Shown here: one piece after another, positions 28,288-43,971 of the stretch | Position numbering within the stretch: position 1 is the first letter of the stretch | Layout: the number at the start of each line of letters is the position of its first letter | Assembly (NCBI GenBank): GCA_964016885.1 | Contig: OZ024762.1 | Coordinates: 22,134,001 to 22,198,000 of the forward strand | Length of the DNA: 64,000 bases | From: Eledone cirrhosa | Taxonomy: Eukaryota | Direction of reading: 5' to 3' | Position numbers and translations under genes: made by a program | Notes under the pieces: model-generated | Told to the model about the DNA's origin: nothing | Seen by the model: only the letters and a program-made list of their open reading frames with translations | Databases searched by the model: none

Positions 28288-30114
28288 CTATGAAAGAGTG
28301 ATGCTAGGGCTATGCAATCTTGCATGTTGAAAAATAAACCTATGAAGGAGTGATGTTAGAGCTGTGCAATCTTGCATGTTGAAAAATAAACCTCATTTGG
28401 TCATTCCATGAGAGTATCTTGGTCAGCCTATGAAGGAGTAATGCTAGAGCTGTGAAATCTTGCATGTGAAATATTAACCTCATTTGGTCATTCCATGAGA
28501 GTATCTTGGTCAGCCTATGAAGGAGTGATGCTAGAGGTGTGCAATCTTGCATGTTGAAAAATAAACCTCATTTGGTCATTCCATGAGAGTATCTTGGTCA
28601 GCCTATGAAGGAGTGATGCTAGAGCTGTGTAATCTTGCATGTTGAAAAATAAACCTCATTTGTTCATTCCATGACAGTATCTTGGTCAGCCTATGAAGGA
28701 GTGATGCTAGAGCTGTGCAATCTTGCATGTTGAAAAATAAACCTCATTTGGTCATTCCATGAGAGTATATTGGTCAGCCTATGAAGGAGTGATGCTAGAG
28801 CTGTGCAATCTTGCATGTTGAAAAATATACCTCATTTGGTCATTCCATGAGAGTATCTTGGTCAGCCTATGAAGGAGTGATGCTAGAGCTGTGCAATCTT
28901 GCATGTTGAAAAATAAACCTCAGTTGGTCATTCCATGAGAGTATCTTGGTCAGCCTATGAAGGAGTGATGCTAGAGCTGTGAAATCTTGCATGTTGAAAA
29001 ATAAACCTCATTTGGTCATTCCATGAGAGTATCTTGGTCAGCCTATGAAGGAGTGATGCTAGAGCTGTGCAATATTGCATGTTGAAAAATAAACCTCATT
29101 TGGTCATTCCATGAGAGTATCTTGGTCAGCCTATGAAGGAGTGATGCTAGAGCTGTGCAATCTTGCATGTTGATATATTAACCTCATTTGGTCATTCCAT
29201 GAGAGTATCTTGGTCAGCCTATGAAGGAGTGATGCTAGAGCTGTGCAATCTTGCATGTTGAAAAATAAACCTCATTTGGTCATTCCATGAGAGTATCTTG
29301 GTCAGCCTATGAAGGAGTGATGCTAGAGCTGTGCAATCTTGCATGTTGAAAAATAACCCTCATTTGGTCATTCCATGAAAGTATCTATCTAAGCCTATGA
29401 AGGAGTGATGCTAGAGCTGTGAAATCTTGCATGTTGAAAAATAAACCTCATTTCGTTATTCCATGAGAGTATCTTGGTCAGCCTATGAAGGAGTGATGCT
29501 AGAGCTGTGCAATATTGCATGTTGAAAAATAAACCTCATTTGGTCATTCCATGAGAATATCTTGGTCAGCTTATGAATGAGTGATGCTAGTGCTGTGCAA
29601 TCTTGCATGTTGAAAAATAAACCTCATTTGGTCATTCCATGAGAGTATCTTGGTCAGCCTATGAAGGAGTGATGCTAGAGCTGTGAAATCTTGCATGTTG
29701 AAAAATAAACCTCATTTGGTCATTCCATGAGAGTATCTTGGTCAGCCTATGAAGGAGTGATGCTAGAGCTGTGCAATCTTGCATGTTGAAAAATAAACCT
29801 CATTTGGTCATTCCATGAGAATATCTTGGTCAGCCTATGAAGGAGTGATGCTAGAACTGTGCAATCTTGCATGTTGAAAAATAAACCTCATTTGGTCATT
29901 CCATGAGAGTATCCTGGTCAGCCCATGAAAGAGTGATGCTATTGCTGTGAAATCTTGCATGTTGAAAAATAAACCGCATTTGTTCATTCCATGAGAGTAT
30001 GTTGGTCAGCCTATGAAGGAGTGATGCTAGAGCTGTGCAATCTTGCATGTTGCAAAATAAACCTCATTTGTCATTCCATGAGAGTATCTTGGTCAGCCTA
30101 TGAAGGAGTGATGC

Positions 30115-30172
30115 TATATATATATATAATTATATATACATGTATATATATATATACATGTATATATATATA
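30115..30172. repeat. 58-bp TA linker 5
   Basis: Identical to linker 1. Confidence 0.95.
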
Positions 30173-31617
30173 CTCTCATGGAATGACCAAATGAGTTTTA
30201 TTTTTCCACATGCAAGATTGCACAGCTCTAGCATCACTCCTTCATAGGCTGACCAAGATACTCTCATGGAATGACCAAATGAGGTTTATTTTTCCACATG
30301 CAAGATTGCACAGCTCTAGCATCACTCCTTCATAGGCTGACCAAGATACTCTCATGGAATGACCAAATGAGGTTTATTTTTCAACATGCAAGATTGCACA
30401 GCTCTAGCATCACTCCTTCATAGGCTGACCAAGATACTCTCATGGAATGACCAAATGAGGTTTATTTTTCAACATGCAAGATTGCACAGCTCTAGCATCA
30501 CTCCTTCATAGGCTGACCAAGATACTCTCATGGAATGACCAAATGAGGTTTATTTTTCAACATGCAAGATTGCACACCTCTAGCATCACTCCTTCATAGG
30601 CTGACCAAGATACTCTCATGGAATGACCAAATGAGGTTTATTTTTCTACATGCAAAAATGCACAACTCTAGCATTACTCCTTCATAGGCTGACCAAGATA
30701 CTCTCATGGAATGACCAAATGAGGTATATTTTTCAACATGCAAGATTGCACAGCTCTAGTATCACTCCTTCATAGGCTGACCAATATACTCTCATGGAAT
30801 GACCAAATGAGGTTTATTTTTCAACATGCAAGATTTCACAGCCCTAGCATCACTCCTTCATAGGCTGACCAAGATACTCTCATGGAATGACCAAATGAGG
30901 TTTATTTTTCAACATGCAATATTGCACAGCTCTAGCATCACTCCTTCATAGGCTGACCAAGATACTCTCATGGAATGACCAAATGAGGTTTATTTTTCAA
31001 CATGCAAGTGTTCACAGCTCTAGCATCACTCCTTCATAGGCTGACCAATATAATCTCATGGAATGACCAAATGAGATTTATTTTTCAACATGCAAGATTG
31101 CACAGCTCTAGCATCACTCCTTCATAGGCTGACCAAGATACTGTCATGGAATGAACAAATGAGGTTTATTTTTCAACATGCAAGATTACACAGCTCTAGC
31201 ATCACTCCTTCATAGGCTGACCAAGATACTCTCATGGAATGACCAAATGAGGTTAATATTTCACATGCAAGATTGCACAGCTCTAGCATTACTCCTTCAT
31301 AGGCTGACCAAGATACTGTCATGGAATGAACAAATGAGGTTTATTTTTCAACATGCAAGATTACACAGCTCTAGCATCACTCCTTCATAGGCTGACCAAG
31401 ATACTCTCATGGAATGACCAAATGAGGTTAATATTTCACATGCAAGATTGCACAGCTCTAGCATTACTCCTTCATAGGCTGACCAAGATACTCTCATGGA
31501 ATGACCAAATGAGGTTTATTTTTCAACATGCAAGATTTCACAGCTCTAACATCACTCCTTCATAGGTTTATTTTTCAACATGCAAGATTGCACAGCCCTA
31601 GCATCACTCTTTCATAG

Positions 31618-32174
31618 TGAGCCTATGAACTTTTAAGCCTACCTTATATGCAAATTATTAAGAAATTCGAAATAATTTTTGCACCCATTTTTGCGATTAA
31701 GTAAAGACGGAGTTATCGTTCTTGAGATTTCGGCTCGTGGAAATTTAAGGAACTGATGTCGCTAAATCGCCAAATCATTTACCTGCCCCGTTGCCTCATG
31801 GGAGGGTAATGGCTGCCTTTTATTTTTTAAACGATGGCAGATTCTTTAGTTTCTTTCGCAGAATCTTGTTCCTTGTTTCATATAAGTAAATAATTAAAAC
31901 ATTTTGGCGAGAAGGATATTGAAAAGTCTGCTGTTGTTTTAAAAAAATAAAAGGCAGCCATTACCCTCCCATGGTGCAACGGGGCAGGTAAATGATTTGG
32001 CGATTTAGCGACATCAGTTCCTCAAATTTCTCCGAGCCGAAATCTCAAGAACGATAACTCCGTCTTTACTTAATCGCAAAAATGGGTGCAAAAATTATTT
32101 CGAATTTCTTAGTAATTGTTTGTACATACTTACATTGTTTGCATATAAGGTAGGCTTAAAAGTTCATAGGCTCA
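31618..32174. repeat. Palindromic hub 6 (557 bp)
   Basis: Copy of hub 5, 3887 bp downstream. Confidence 0.95.
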
Positions 32175-34001
32175 CTATGAAAGAGTGATGCTAGGGCTAT
32201 GCAATCTTGCATGTTGAAAAATAAACCTATGAAGGAGTGATGTTAGAGCTGTGCAATCTTGCATGTTGAAAAATAAACCTCATTTGGTCATTCCATGAGA
32301 GTATCTTGGTCAGCCTATGAAGGAGTAATGCTAGAGCTGTGAAATCTTGCATGTGAAATATTAACCTCATTTGGTCATTCCATGAGAGTATCTTGGTCAG
32401 CCTATGAAGGAGTGATGCTAGAGGTGTGCAATCTTGCATGTTGAAAAATAAACCTCATTTGGTCATTCCATGAGAGTATCTTGGTCAGCCTATGAAGGAG
32501 TGATGCTAGAGCTGTGTAATCTTGCATGTTGAAAAATAAACCTCATTTGTTCATTCCATGACAGTATCTTGGTCAGCCTATGAAGGAGTGATGCTAGAGC
32601 TGTGCAATCTTGCATGTTGAAAAATAAACCTCATTTGGTCATTCCATGAGAGTATATTGGTCAGCCTATGAAGGAGTGATGCTAGAGCTGTGCAATCTTG
32701 CATGTTGAAAAATATACCTCATTTGGTCATTCCATGAGAGTATCTTGGTCAGCCTATGAAGGAGTGATGCTAGAGCTGTGCAATCTTGCATGTTGAAAAA
32801 TAAACCTCAGTTGGTCATTCCATGAGAGTATCTTGGTCAGCCTATGAAGGAGTGATGCTAGAGCTGTGAAATCTTGCATGTTGAAAAATAAACCTCATTT
32901 GGTCATTCCATGAGAGTATCTTGGTCAGCCTATGAAGGAGTGATGCTAGAGCTGTGCAATATTGCATGTTGAAAAATAAACCTCATTTGGTCATTCCATG
33001 AGAGTATCTTTGTCAGCCTATGAAGGAGTGATGCTAGAGCTGTGCAATCTTGCATGTTGATATATTAACCTCATTTGGTCATTCCATGAGAGTATCTTGG
33101 TCAGCCTATGAAGGAGTGATGCTAGAGCTGTGCAATCTTGCATGTTGAAAAATAAACCTCATTTGGTCATTCCATGAGAGTATCTTGGTCAGCCTATGAA
33201 GGAGTGATGCTAGAGCTGTGCAATCTTGCATGTTGAAAAATAACCCTCATTTGGTCATTCCATGAAAGTATCTATCTAAGCCTATGAAGGAGTGATGCTA
33301 GAGCTGTGAAATCTTGCATGTTGAAAAATAAACCTCATTTCGTTATTCCATGAGAGTATCTTGGTCAGCCTATGAAGGAGTGATGCTAGAGCTGTGCAAT
33401 ATTGCATGTTGAAAAATAAACCTCATTTGGTCATTCCATGAGAATATCTTGGTCAGCTTATGAATGAGTGATGCTAGTGCTGTGCAATCTTGCATGTTGA
33501 AAAATAAACCTCATTTGGTCATTCCATGAGAGTATCTTGGTCAGCCTATGAAGGAGTGATGCTAGAGCTGTGAAATCTTGCATGTTGAAAAATAAACCTC
33601 ATTTGGTCATTCCATGAGAGTATCTTGGTCAGCCTATGAAGGAGTGATGCTAGAGCTGTGCAATCTTGCATGTTGAAAAATAAACCTCATTTGGTCATTC
33701 CATGAGAATATCTTGGTCAGCCTATGAAGGAGTGATGCTAGAACTGTGCAATCTTGCATGTTGAAAAATAAACCTCATTTGGTCATTCCATGAGAGTATC
33801 CTGGTCAGCCCATGAAAGAGTGATGCTATTGCTGTGAAATCTTGCATGTTGAAAAATAAACCGCATTTGTTCATTCCATGAGAGTATGTTGGTCAGCCTA
33901 TGAAGGAGTGATGCTAGAGCTGTGCAATCTTGCATGTTGCAAAATAAACCTCATTTGTCATTCCATGAGAGTATCTTGGTCAGCCTATGAAGGAGTGATG
34001 C

Positions 34002-34059
34002 TATATATATATATAATTATATATACATGTATATATATATATACATGTATATATATATA
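34002..34059. repeat. 58-bp TA linker 6
   Basis: Identical to linker 1. Confidence 0.95.
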
Positions 34060-35858
34060 CTCTCATGGAATGACCAAATGAGTTTTATTTTTCCACATGC
34101 AAGATTGCACAGCTCTAGCATCACTCCTTCATAGGCTGACCAAGATACTCTCATGGAATGACCAAATGAGGTTTATTTTTCCACATGCAAGATTGCACAG
34201 CTCTAGCATCACTCCTTCATAGGCTGACCAAGATACTCTCATGGAATGACCAAATGAGGTTTATTTTTCAACATGCAAGATTGCACAGCTCTAGCATCAC
34301 TCCTTCATAGGCTGACCAAGATACTCTCATGGAATGACCAAATGAGGTTTATTTTTCAACATGCAAGATTGCACAGCTCTAGCATCACTCCTTCATAGGC
34401 TGACCAAGATACTCTCATGGAATGACCAAATGAGGTTTATTTTTCAACATGCAAGATTGCACACCTCTAGCATCACTCCTTCATAGGCTGACCAAGATAC
34501 TCTCATGGAATGACCAAATGAGGTTTATTTTTCTACATGCAAAAATGCACAACTCTAGCATTACTCCTTCATAGGCTGACCAAGATACTCTCATGGAATG
34601 ACCAAATGAGGTATATTTTTCAACATGCAAGATTGCACAGCTCTAGTATCACTCCTTCATAGGCTGACCAATATACTCTCATGGAATGACCAAATGAGGT
34701 TTATTTTTCAACATGCAAGATTTCACAGCCCTAGCATCACTCCTTCATAGGCTGACCAAGATACTCTCATGGAATGACCAAATGAGGTTTATTTTTCAAC
34801 ATGCAATATTGCACAGCTCTAGCATCACTCCTTCATAGGCTGACCAAGATACTCTCATGGAATGACCAAATGAGGTTTATTTTTCAACATGCAAGTGTTC
34901 ACAGCTCTAGCATCACTCCTTCATAGGCTGACCAAGATACTCTCATGGAATGACCAAATGAGGTTTATTTTTCAACATGCAAGATTGCACAGCTCTAGCA
35001 TCACTCCTTCATAGGCTGACCAAGATACTCTCATGGAATGACCAATTGAGGTTTATTTTTCAACATGCAAGATTGCACAGCTCTAGCATCACTCCTTCAT
35101 AGGCTGACCAAGATACTCTCATGGAATGACCAAATGAGGTATATTTTTCAACATGCAAGATTGCACAGCTCTAGCATCACTCCTTCATAGGCTGACCAAT
35201 ATACTCTCATGGAATGACCAAATGAGGTTTATTTTTCAACATGCAAGATTGCACAGCTCTAGCATCACTCCTTCATAGGCTGACCAAGATACTCTCATGG
35301 AATGACCAAATGAGGTTTATTTTTCAACATGCAAGATTGCACACCTCTAGCATCACTCCTTCATAGGCTGACCAAGATACTCTCATGGAAAGACCAAATT
35401 AGCATTTTTATTCAACATGCAAGATTGCACAGCTCTAACATCACTCCTTCATAGGCTGACTAAGATACTCTCATGGAATGACCAAATGAGGTTTATTTTT
35501 CCACATGCAACATTGCACAGCTCTAGCATCACTCCTTCATAGGCTGACCAAGATACTCTCATGGAATGACCAAATGAGGTTTATTTTTCAACATGAAAGT
35601 TTGCACAGCTCTAGCATCACTCCTTCATAGGCTGACCAAGATACTCTCATGGAATGACCAAATGAGGTTTATTTTTCCACATGCAAGATTGCACAGCTCT
35701 AGCATTACTCCTTCATAGGCTGACCAAGATACTCTCATGGAATGACCAAATGAGGTTTATTTTTCAACATGCAAGATTTCACAGCTCTAACATCATTCCT
35801 TCAAAGGTTTATTTTTCAACATACAAGATTGCACAGCCCTAGCATCACTCTTTCATAG

Positions 35859-36415
35859 TGAGCCTATGAACTTTTAAGCCTACCTTATATGCAAATTATT
35901 AAGAAATTCGAAATAATTTTTGCCCCCATTTTTGCGACTAAGTAAAGACGGAGTTATCGTTCTTGAGATTTCGGCTCGTGGAAATTTAAGGAACTGATGT
36001 CGCTAAATCGCCAAATCATTTACCTGCCCCGTTGCCTCATGGGAGGGTAATGGCTGCGTTTTATTTTTTAAACGATGGCAGATTCTTTAGTTTCTTTCGC
36101 AGAATCTTGTTCCTTGTTTCATATAAGTAAATAATTAAAACATTTTGGCGAGAAGGATATTGAAAAGTCTGCTGTTGTTTTAAAAAAATAAAAGGCAGCC
36201 ATTACTCTCCCATGGTGCAACGGGGCAGGTAAATGATTTGGCGATTTAGCGACATCAGTTCCTCAAATTTGTCCGAGCCGAAATCTCAAGAACGATAACT
36301 CCGTCTTTACTTAATCGCAAAAATGGGTGCAAAAATTATTTCCAATTTCTTAGTAATTATTTGTACATACTTACATTGTTTGCATATAAGGTAGGCTTAA
36401 AAGTTCATAGGCTCA
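35859..36415. repeat. Palindromic hub 7 (557 bp, variant subtype)
   Basis: Carries diagnostic changes: TGCCCCCATT, GCGACTAAG, GCTGCGTTT, TTCCAATT. Confidence 0.95.
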
Positions 36416-37540
36416 CTATGAAAGAGTGATGCTAGGGCTATTGCAATCTTGCATGTTGAAAAATAAACCTATGAAGGAGTGATGTTAGATCTGTGCAATC
36501 TTGCATGTTGAAAAATAAACCTCATTTGGTCATTCCATGAGAGTATCTTGGTCAGCCTATGGAGGAGTAATGCTAGAGCTGTGCAATGTTGCATGTGGAA
36601 AAATAAACCGTATTTGGTCATTCCATGAGAGTATCTTGGTCAGCCTATGAAGGAGTGATGCTAGAGCTGTGCAATCTTGCATGTTGAAATATTAACCTCA
36701 TTTGGTCATTCCATGAGAGTATCTTGGTCAGCCTATGAAGGAGTGATGCTAGAGCTGTGCAATCTTGCATGTTGAAAAATAAACCTCATTTGGTCATTCC
36801 ATGAGAGTATCTTGGTCAGCCTATGAAGGAGTGTTGCTAGAGCTGTGCAATCTTGCATGTTGAAAAATAACCCTCATTTGGTCATTCCATGAAAGTATCT
36901 ATCTAAGCCTATGAAGGAGTGATGCTAGAGCTGTGAAATCTTGCATGTTGCAAAATAAACCTCATTTGATCATTCCATGAGAGTATCTTGGTCAGCTTGT
37001 GAATGAGTGATGCTAGGGCTGTGCAATCTTGCATGTTGAAAAATAAACCTCATTTGGTCATTCCATGAGAGTATCTTGGTCAGCCTATGAAGGAGTGATG
37101 CTAGAGCTGTGAAATCTTGCATGTTGAAAAATAAACCTCATTTGGTCATTCCATGAGAGTATCTTGGTCAGCCTATGAAGGAGTGATGCTAGAGCTGTGC
37201 AATCTTGCATGTTAAAAAATAAACCTCATTTGGTCATTCCATGAGAGTATCTTGGTCAGCCTATGAAGGAGTGATGCTAGAACTGTGCAATCTTGCATGT
37301 TGAAAAATAAACCTCATTTGGTCATTCCATGAGAGTATCCTAATCAGCCCATGAAAGAGTGATGCTAGAGCTGTGAAATCTTGCATGTTGAAAAATAAAC
37401 CGCATTTGGTCATTCCATGAGAGTATGTTGGTCAGCCTATGAAGGAGTGATGCTAGAGCTGTGCAATCTTGCATGTTGCAAAATAAACCTCATTTGTCAT
37501 TCCATGAGAGTATCTTGGTCAGCCTATGAAGGAGTGATGC

Positions 37541-37598
37541 TATATATATATATAATTATATATACATGTATATATATATATACATGTATATATATATA
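37541..37598. repeat. 58-bp TA linker 7
   Basis: Identical to linker 1. Confidence 0.95.
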
Positions 37599-38781
37599 CT
37601 CTCATGGAATGACCAAATGAGTTTTATTTTTCCACATGCAAGATTGCACAGCTCTAGCATCACTCCTTCATAGGCTGACCAAGATACTCTCATGGAATGA
37701 CCAAATGAGGTTTATTTTTCCACATGCAAGATTGCACAGCTCTAGCATCACTCCTTCATAGGCTGACCAAGATACTCTCATGGAATGACCAAATGAGGTT
37801 TATTTTTCAACATGCAAGATTGCACAGCTCTAGCATCACTCCTTCATAGGCTGACCAAGATACTCTCATGGAATGACCAAATGAGGTTTATTTTTCCACA
37901 TGCAACATTGCACAGCTCTAACATCACTCCTTCATAGGCTTACCAAGATACTCTCATGGAATGACCAAATGAGGTTTATTTTTCAACATGCAAGATTGCA
38001 CACCTCTAGCATCACTCCTTCATAGGCTGACCAAGATACTCTCATGGAATGACCAAATGAGGTTTATTTTTCTACATGCAAAAATGCACAACTCTAGCAT
38101 CACTCCTTCATAGGCTGACTAAGATACTCTCATGGAATGACCAAATGGGGTTTATTTTTCAACATGCAAGATTTCACAGCTCTAGCATCAATCCTTCATA
38201 GGCTGACCAAGATACTCTCATGGAATGACCAAATGAGGTTTATTTTTCCACATTCAAGATTGCACAGCTCTAGCATCACTCCTTCATAGGCTGGCCAAGT
38301 TACTCTCATGGATTGACCAAATGCGGTTTATTTTTCCACATGCAAGATTGCACAGCTCTAACATCACTCCTTCATAGGCTGACTAAGATACTCTCATGGA
38401 ATGACCAAATGAGGTTTATTTTTCCACATGCAACATTGCACAGCTCTAGCATCACTCCTTCATAGGCTGACCAAGATACTCTCATGGAATGACCAAATGA
38501 GGTTTATTTTTCAACATGAAAGATTGCACAGCTCTAGCATCACTCCTTCATAGGCTGACCAAGATACTCTCATGGAATGACCAAATGAGGTTTATTTTTC
38601 CACATGCAAGATTGCACAGCTCTAGCATTACTCCTTCATAGGCTGACCAAGATACTCTCATGGAATGACCAAATGAGGTTTATTTTTCAACATGCAAGAT
38701 TTCACAGCTCTAACATCATTCCTTCATAGGTTTATTTTTCAACATGCAAGATTGCACAGCCCTAGCATCACTCTTTCATAG

Positions 38782-39338
38782 TGAGCCTATGAACTTTTAA
38801 GCCTACCTTATATGCAAATTATTAAGAAATTCGAAATAATTTTTGCACCCATTTTTGCGACTAAGTAAAGACGGAGTTATCGTTCTTGAGATTTCGGCTC
38901 GTGGAAATTTAAGGAACTGATGTCGCTAAATCGCCAAATCATTTACCTGCCCCGTTGCCTCATGGGAGGGTAATGGCTGCCTTTTATTTTTTAAACGATG
39001 GCAGATTCTTTAGTTTCTTTCGCAGAATCTTGTTCCTTGTTTCATATAAGTAAATAATTAAAACATTTTGGCGAGAAGGATATTGAAAAGTCTGCTGTTG
39101 TTTTAAAAAAATAAAAAGCAGCCATTACCCTCCCATGGTGCAACGGGGCAGGTAAATGATTTGGCGATTTAGCGACATCAGTTCCTCAAATTTCTCCGAG
39201 CCGAAATCTCAAGAACGATAACTCCGTCTTTACTCAATCGCAAAAATGGGTGCAAAAATTATTTCGAATTTCTTAGTAATTATTTGTACATACTTACATT
39301 GTTTGCATATAAGGTAGGCTTAAAAGTTCATAGGCTCA
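38782..39338. repeat. Palindromic hub 8 (557 bp)
   Basis: Carries the GCGACTAAG and AAAAAGCAGCC variants. Confidence 0.95.
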
Positions 39339-40374
39339 CTATGAAAGAGTGATGCTAGGGCTATGCAATCTTGCATGTTGAAAAATAAACCTATGAAGGA
39401 GTGATGTTAGAGCTGTGCAATCTTGCATGTTGAAAAATAAACCTCATTTGGTCATTCCATGAGAGTATCTTGGTCAGCCTATGGAGGAGTAATGCTAGAG
39501 CTGTGCAATGTTGCATGTGGAAAAATAAACCTTATTTGGTCATTCCATGAGATTATCTTGGTCAGCCTATGAAGGAGTGATGCTAGAGATGTGCAATCTT
39601 GCATGTTGAAATATTAACCTCATTTGGTCATTCCATGAGAGTATCTTGGTCAGCCTATGAAGGAGTGTTGCTAGAGCTGTGCAATCTTGCATGTTGAAAA
39701 ATAACCCTCATTTGGTCATTCCATGAAAGTATCTATCTAAGCCTATGAAGGAGTGATGCTAGAGCTGTGAAATCTTGCATGTTGCAAAATAAACCTCATT
39801 TGATCATTCCATGAGAGTATCTTGGTCAGCTTGTGAATGAGTGATGCTAGGGCTGTGCAATCTTGCATGTTGAAAAATAAACCTCATTTGGTCATTCCAT
39901 GAGAGTATCTTGGTCAGCCTATGAAGGAGTGATGCTAGAGCTGTGAAATCTTGCATGTTGAAAAATAAACCTCATTTGGTCATTCCATGAGAGTATCTTG
40001 GTCAGCCTATGAAGGAGTGATGCTAGAGCTGTGCAATCTTGCATGTTAAAAAATAAACCTCATTTGGTCATTCCATGAGAGTATCTTGGTCAGCCTATGA
40101 AGGAGTGATGCTAGAACTGTGCAATCTTGCATGTTGAAAAATAAACCTCATTTGGTCATTCCATGAGAGTATCCTGGTCAGCCCATGAAAGAGTGATGCT
40201 AGAGCTGTGAAATCTTGCATGTTGAAAAATAAACCGCATTTGGTCATTCCATGAGAGTATGTTGGTCAGCCTATGAAGGAGTGATGCTAGAGCTGTGCAA
40301 TCTTGCATGTTGCAAAATAAACCTCATTTGTCATTCCATGAGAGTATCTTGGTCAGCCTATGAAGGAGTGATGC

Positions 40375-40432
40375 TATATATATATATAATTATATATACA
40401 TGTATATATATATATACATGTATATATATATA
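40375..40432. repeat. 58-bp TA linker 8
   Basis: Identical to linker 1. Confidence 0.95.
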
Positions 40433-42231
40433 CTCTCATGGAATGACCAAATGAGTTTTATTTTTCCACATGCAAGATTGCACAGCTCTAGCATCACTCC
40501 TTCATAGGCTGACCAAGATACTCTCATGGAATGACCAAATGAGGTTTATTTTTCCACATGCAAGATTGCACAGCTCTAGCATCACTCCTTCATAGGCTGA
40601 CCAAGATACTCTCATGGAATGACCAAATGAGGTTTATTTTTCAACATGCAAGATTGCACAGCTCTAGCATCACTCCTTCATAGGCTGACCAAGATACTCT
40701 CATGGAATGACCAAATGAGGTTTATTTTTCAACATGCAAGATTGCACAGCTCTAGCATCACTCCTTCATAGGCTGACCAAGATACTCTCATGGAATGACC
40801 AAATGAGGTTTATTTTTCAACATGCAAGATTGCACACCTCTAGCATCACTCCTTCATAGGCTGACCAAGATACTCTCATGGAATGACCAAATGAGGTTTA
40901 TTTTTCTACATGCAAAAATGCACAACTCTAGCATTACTCCTTCATAGGCTGACCAAGATACTCTCATGGAATGACCAAATGAGGTATATTTTTCAACATG
41001 CAAGATTGCACAGCTCTAGTATCACTCCTTCATAGGCTGACCAATATACTCTCATGGAATGACCAAATGAGGTTTATTTTTCAACATGCAAGATTTCACA
41101 GCCCTAGCATCACTCCTTCATAGGCTGACCAAGATACTCTCATGGAATGACCAAATGAGGTTTATTTTTCAACATGCAATATTGCACAGCTCTAGCATCA
41201 CTCCTTCATAGGCTGACCAAGATACTCTCATGGAATGACCAAATGAGGTTTATTTTTCAACATGCAAGTGTTCACAGCTCTAGCATCACTCCTTCATAGG
41301 CTGACCAAGATACTCTCATGGAATGACCAAATGAGGTTTATTTTTCAACATGCAAGATTGCACAGCTCTAGCATCACTCCTTCATAGGCTGACCAAGATA
41401 CTCTCATGGAATGACCAATTGAGGTTTATTTTTCAACATGCAAGATTGCACAGCTCTAGCATCACTCCTTCATAGGCTGACCAAGATACTCTCATGGAAT
41501 GACCAAATGAGGTATATTTTTCAACATGCAAGATTGCACAGCTCTAGCATCACTCCTTCATAGGCTGACCAATATACTCTCATGGAATGACCAAATGAGG
41601 TTTATTTTTCAACATGCAAGATTGCACAGCTCTAGCATCACTCCTTCATAGGCTGACCAAGATACTCTCATGGAATGACCAAATGAGGTTTATTTTTCAA
41701 CATGCAAGATTGCACACCTCTAGCATCACTCCTTCATAGGCTGACCAAGATACTCTCATGGAAAGACCAAATTAGCATTTTTATTCAACATGCAAGATTG
41801 CACAGCTCTAACATCACTCCTTCATAGGCTGACTAAGATACTCTCATGGAATGACCAAATGAGGTTTATTTTTCCACATGCAACATTGCACAGCTCTAGC
41901 ATCACTCCTTCATAGGCTGACCAAGATACTCTCATGGAATGACCAAATGAGGTTTATTTTTCAACATGAAAGTTTGCACAGCTCTAGCATCACTCCTTCA
42001 TAGGCTGACCAAGATACTCTCATGGAATGACCAAATGAGGTTTATTTTTCCACATGCAAGATTGCACAGCTCTAGCATTACTCCTTCATAGGCTGACCAA
42101 GATACTCTCATGGAATGACCAAATGAGGTTTATTTTTCAACATGCAAGATTTCACAGCTCTAACATCATTCCTTCAAAGGTTTATTTTTCAACATACAAG
42201 ATTGCACAGCCCTAGCATCACTCTTTCATAG

Positions 42232-42788
42232 TGAGCCTATGAACTTTTAAGCCTACCTTATATGCAAATTATTAAGAAATTCGAAATAATTTTTGCCCCC
42301 ATTTTTGCGACTAAGTAAAGACGGAGTTATCGTTCTTGAGATTTCGGCTCGTGGAAATTTAAGGAACTGATGTCGCTAAATCGCCAAATCATTTACCTGC
42401 CCCGTTGCCTCATGGGAGGGTAATGGCTGCGTTTTATTTTTTAAACGATGGCAGATTCTTTAGTTTCTTTCGCAGAATCTTGTTCCTTGTTTCATATAAG
42501 TAAATAATTAAAACATTTTGGCGAGAAGGATATTGAAAAGTCTGCTGTTGTTTTAAAAAAATAAAAGGCAGCCATTACTCTCCCATGGTGCAACGGGGCA
42601 GGTAAATGATTTGGCGATTTAGCGACATCAGTTCCTCAAATTTGTCCGAGCCGAAATCTCAAGAACGATAACTCCGTCTTTACTTAATCGCAAAAATGGG
42701 TGCAAAAATTATTTCCAATTTCTTAGTAATTATTTGTACATACTTACATTGTTTGCATATAAGGTAGGCTTAAAAGTTCATAGGCTCA
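42232..42788. repeat. Palindromic hub 9 (557 bp)
   Basis: Copy of hub 7, 6373 bp downstream, with the same diagnostic changes. Confidence 0.95.
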
Positions 42789-43913
42789 CTATGAAAGAGT
42801 GATGCTAGGGCTATTGCAATCTTGCATGTTGAAAAATAAACCTATGAAGGAGTGATGTTAGATCTGTGCAATCTTGCATGTTGAAAAATAAACCTCATTT
42901 GGTCATTCCATGAGAGTATCTTGGTCAGCCTATGGAGGAGTAATGCTAGAGCTGTGCAATGTTGCATGTGGAAAAATAAACCGTATTTGGTCATTCCATG
43001 AGAGTATCTTGGTCAGCCTATGAAGGAGTGATGCTAGAGCTGTGCAATCTTGCATGTTGAAATATTAACCTCATTTGGTCATTCCATGAGAGTATCTTGG
43101 TCAGCCTATGAAGGAGTGATGCTAGAGCTGTGCAATCTTGCATGTTGAAAAATAAACCTCATTTGGTCATTCCATGAGAGTATCTTGGTCAGCCTATGAA
43201 GGAGTGTTGCTAGAGCTGTGCAATCTTGCATGTTGAAAAATAACCCTCATTTGGTCATTCCATGAAAGTATCTATCTAAGCCTATGAAGGAGTGATGCTA
43301 GAGCTGTGAAATCTTGCATGTTGCAAAATAAACCTCATTTGATCATTCCATGAGAGTATCTTGGTCAGCTTGTGAATGAGTGATGCTAGGGCTGTGCAAT
43401 CTTGCATGTTGAAAAATAAACCTCATTTGGTCATTCCATGAGAGTATCTTGGTCAGCCTATGAAGGAGTGATGCTAGAGCTGTGAAATCTTGCATGTTGA
43501 AAAATAAACCTCATTTGGTCATTCCATGAGAGTATCTTGGTCAGCCTATGAAGGAGTGATGCTAGAGCTGTGCAATCTTGCATGTTAAAAAATAAACCTC
43601 ATTTGGTCATTCCATGAGAGTATCTTGGTCAGCCTATGAAGGAGTGATGCTAGAACTGTGCAATCTTGCATGTTGAAAAATAAACCTCATTTGGTCATTC
43701 CATGAGAGTATCCTAATCAGCCCATGAAAGAGTGATGCTAGAGCTGTGAAATCTTGCATGTTGAAAAATAAACCGCATTTGGTCATTCCATGAGAGTATG
43801 TTGGTCAGCCTATGAAGGAGTGATGCTAGAGCTGTGCAATCTTGCATGTTGCAAAATAAACCTCATTTGTCATTCCATGAGAGTATCTTGGTCAGCCTAT
43901 GAAGGAGTGATGC

Positions 43914-43971
43914 TATATATATATATAATTATATATACATGTATATATATATATACATGTATATATATATA
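43914..43971. repeat. 58-bp TA linker 9
   Basis: Identical to linker 1. Confidence 0.95.
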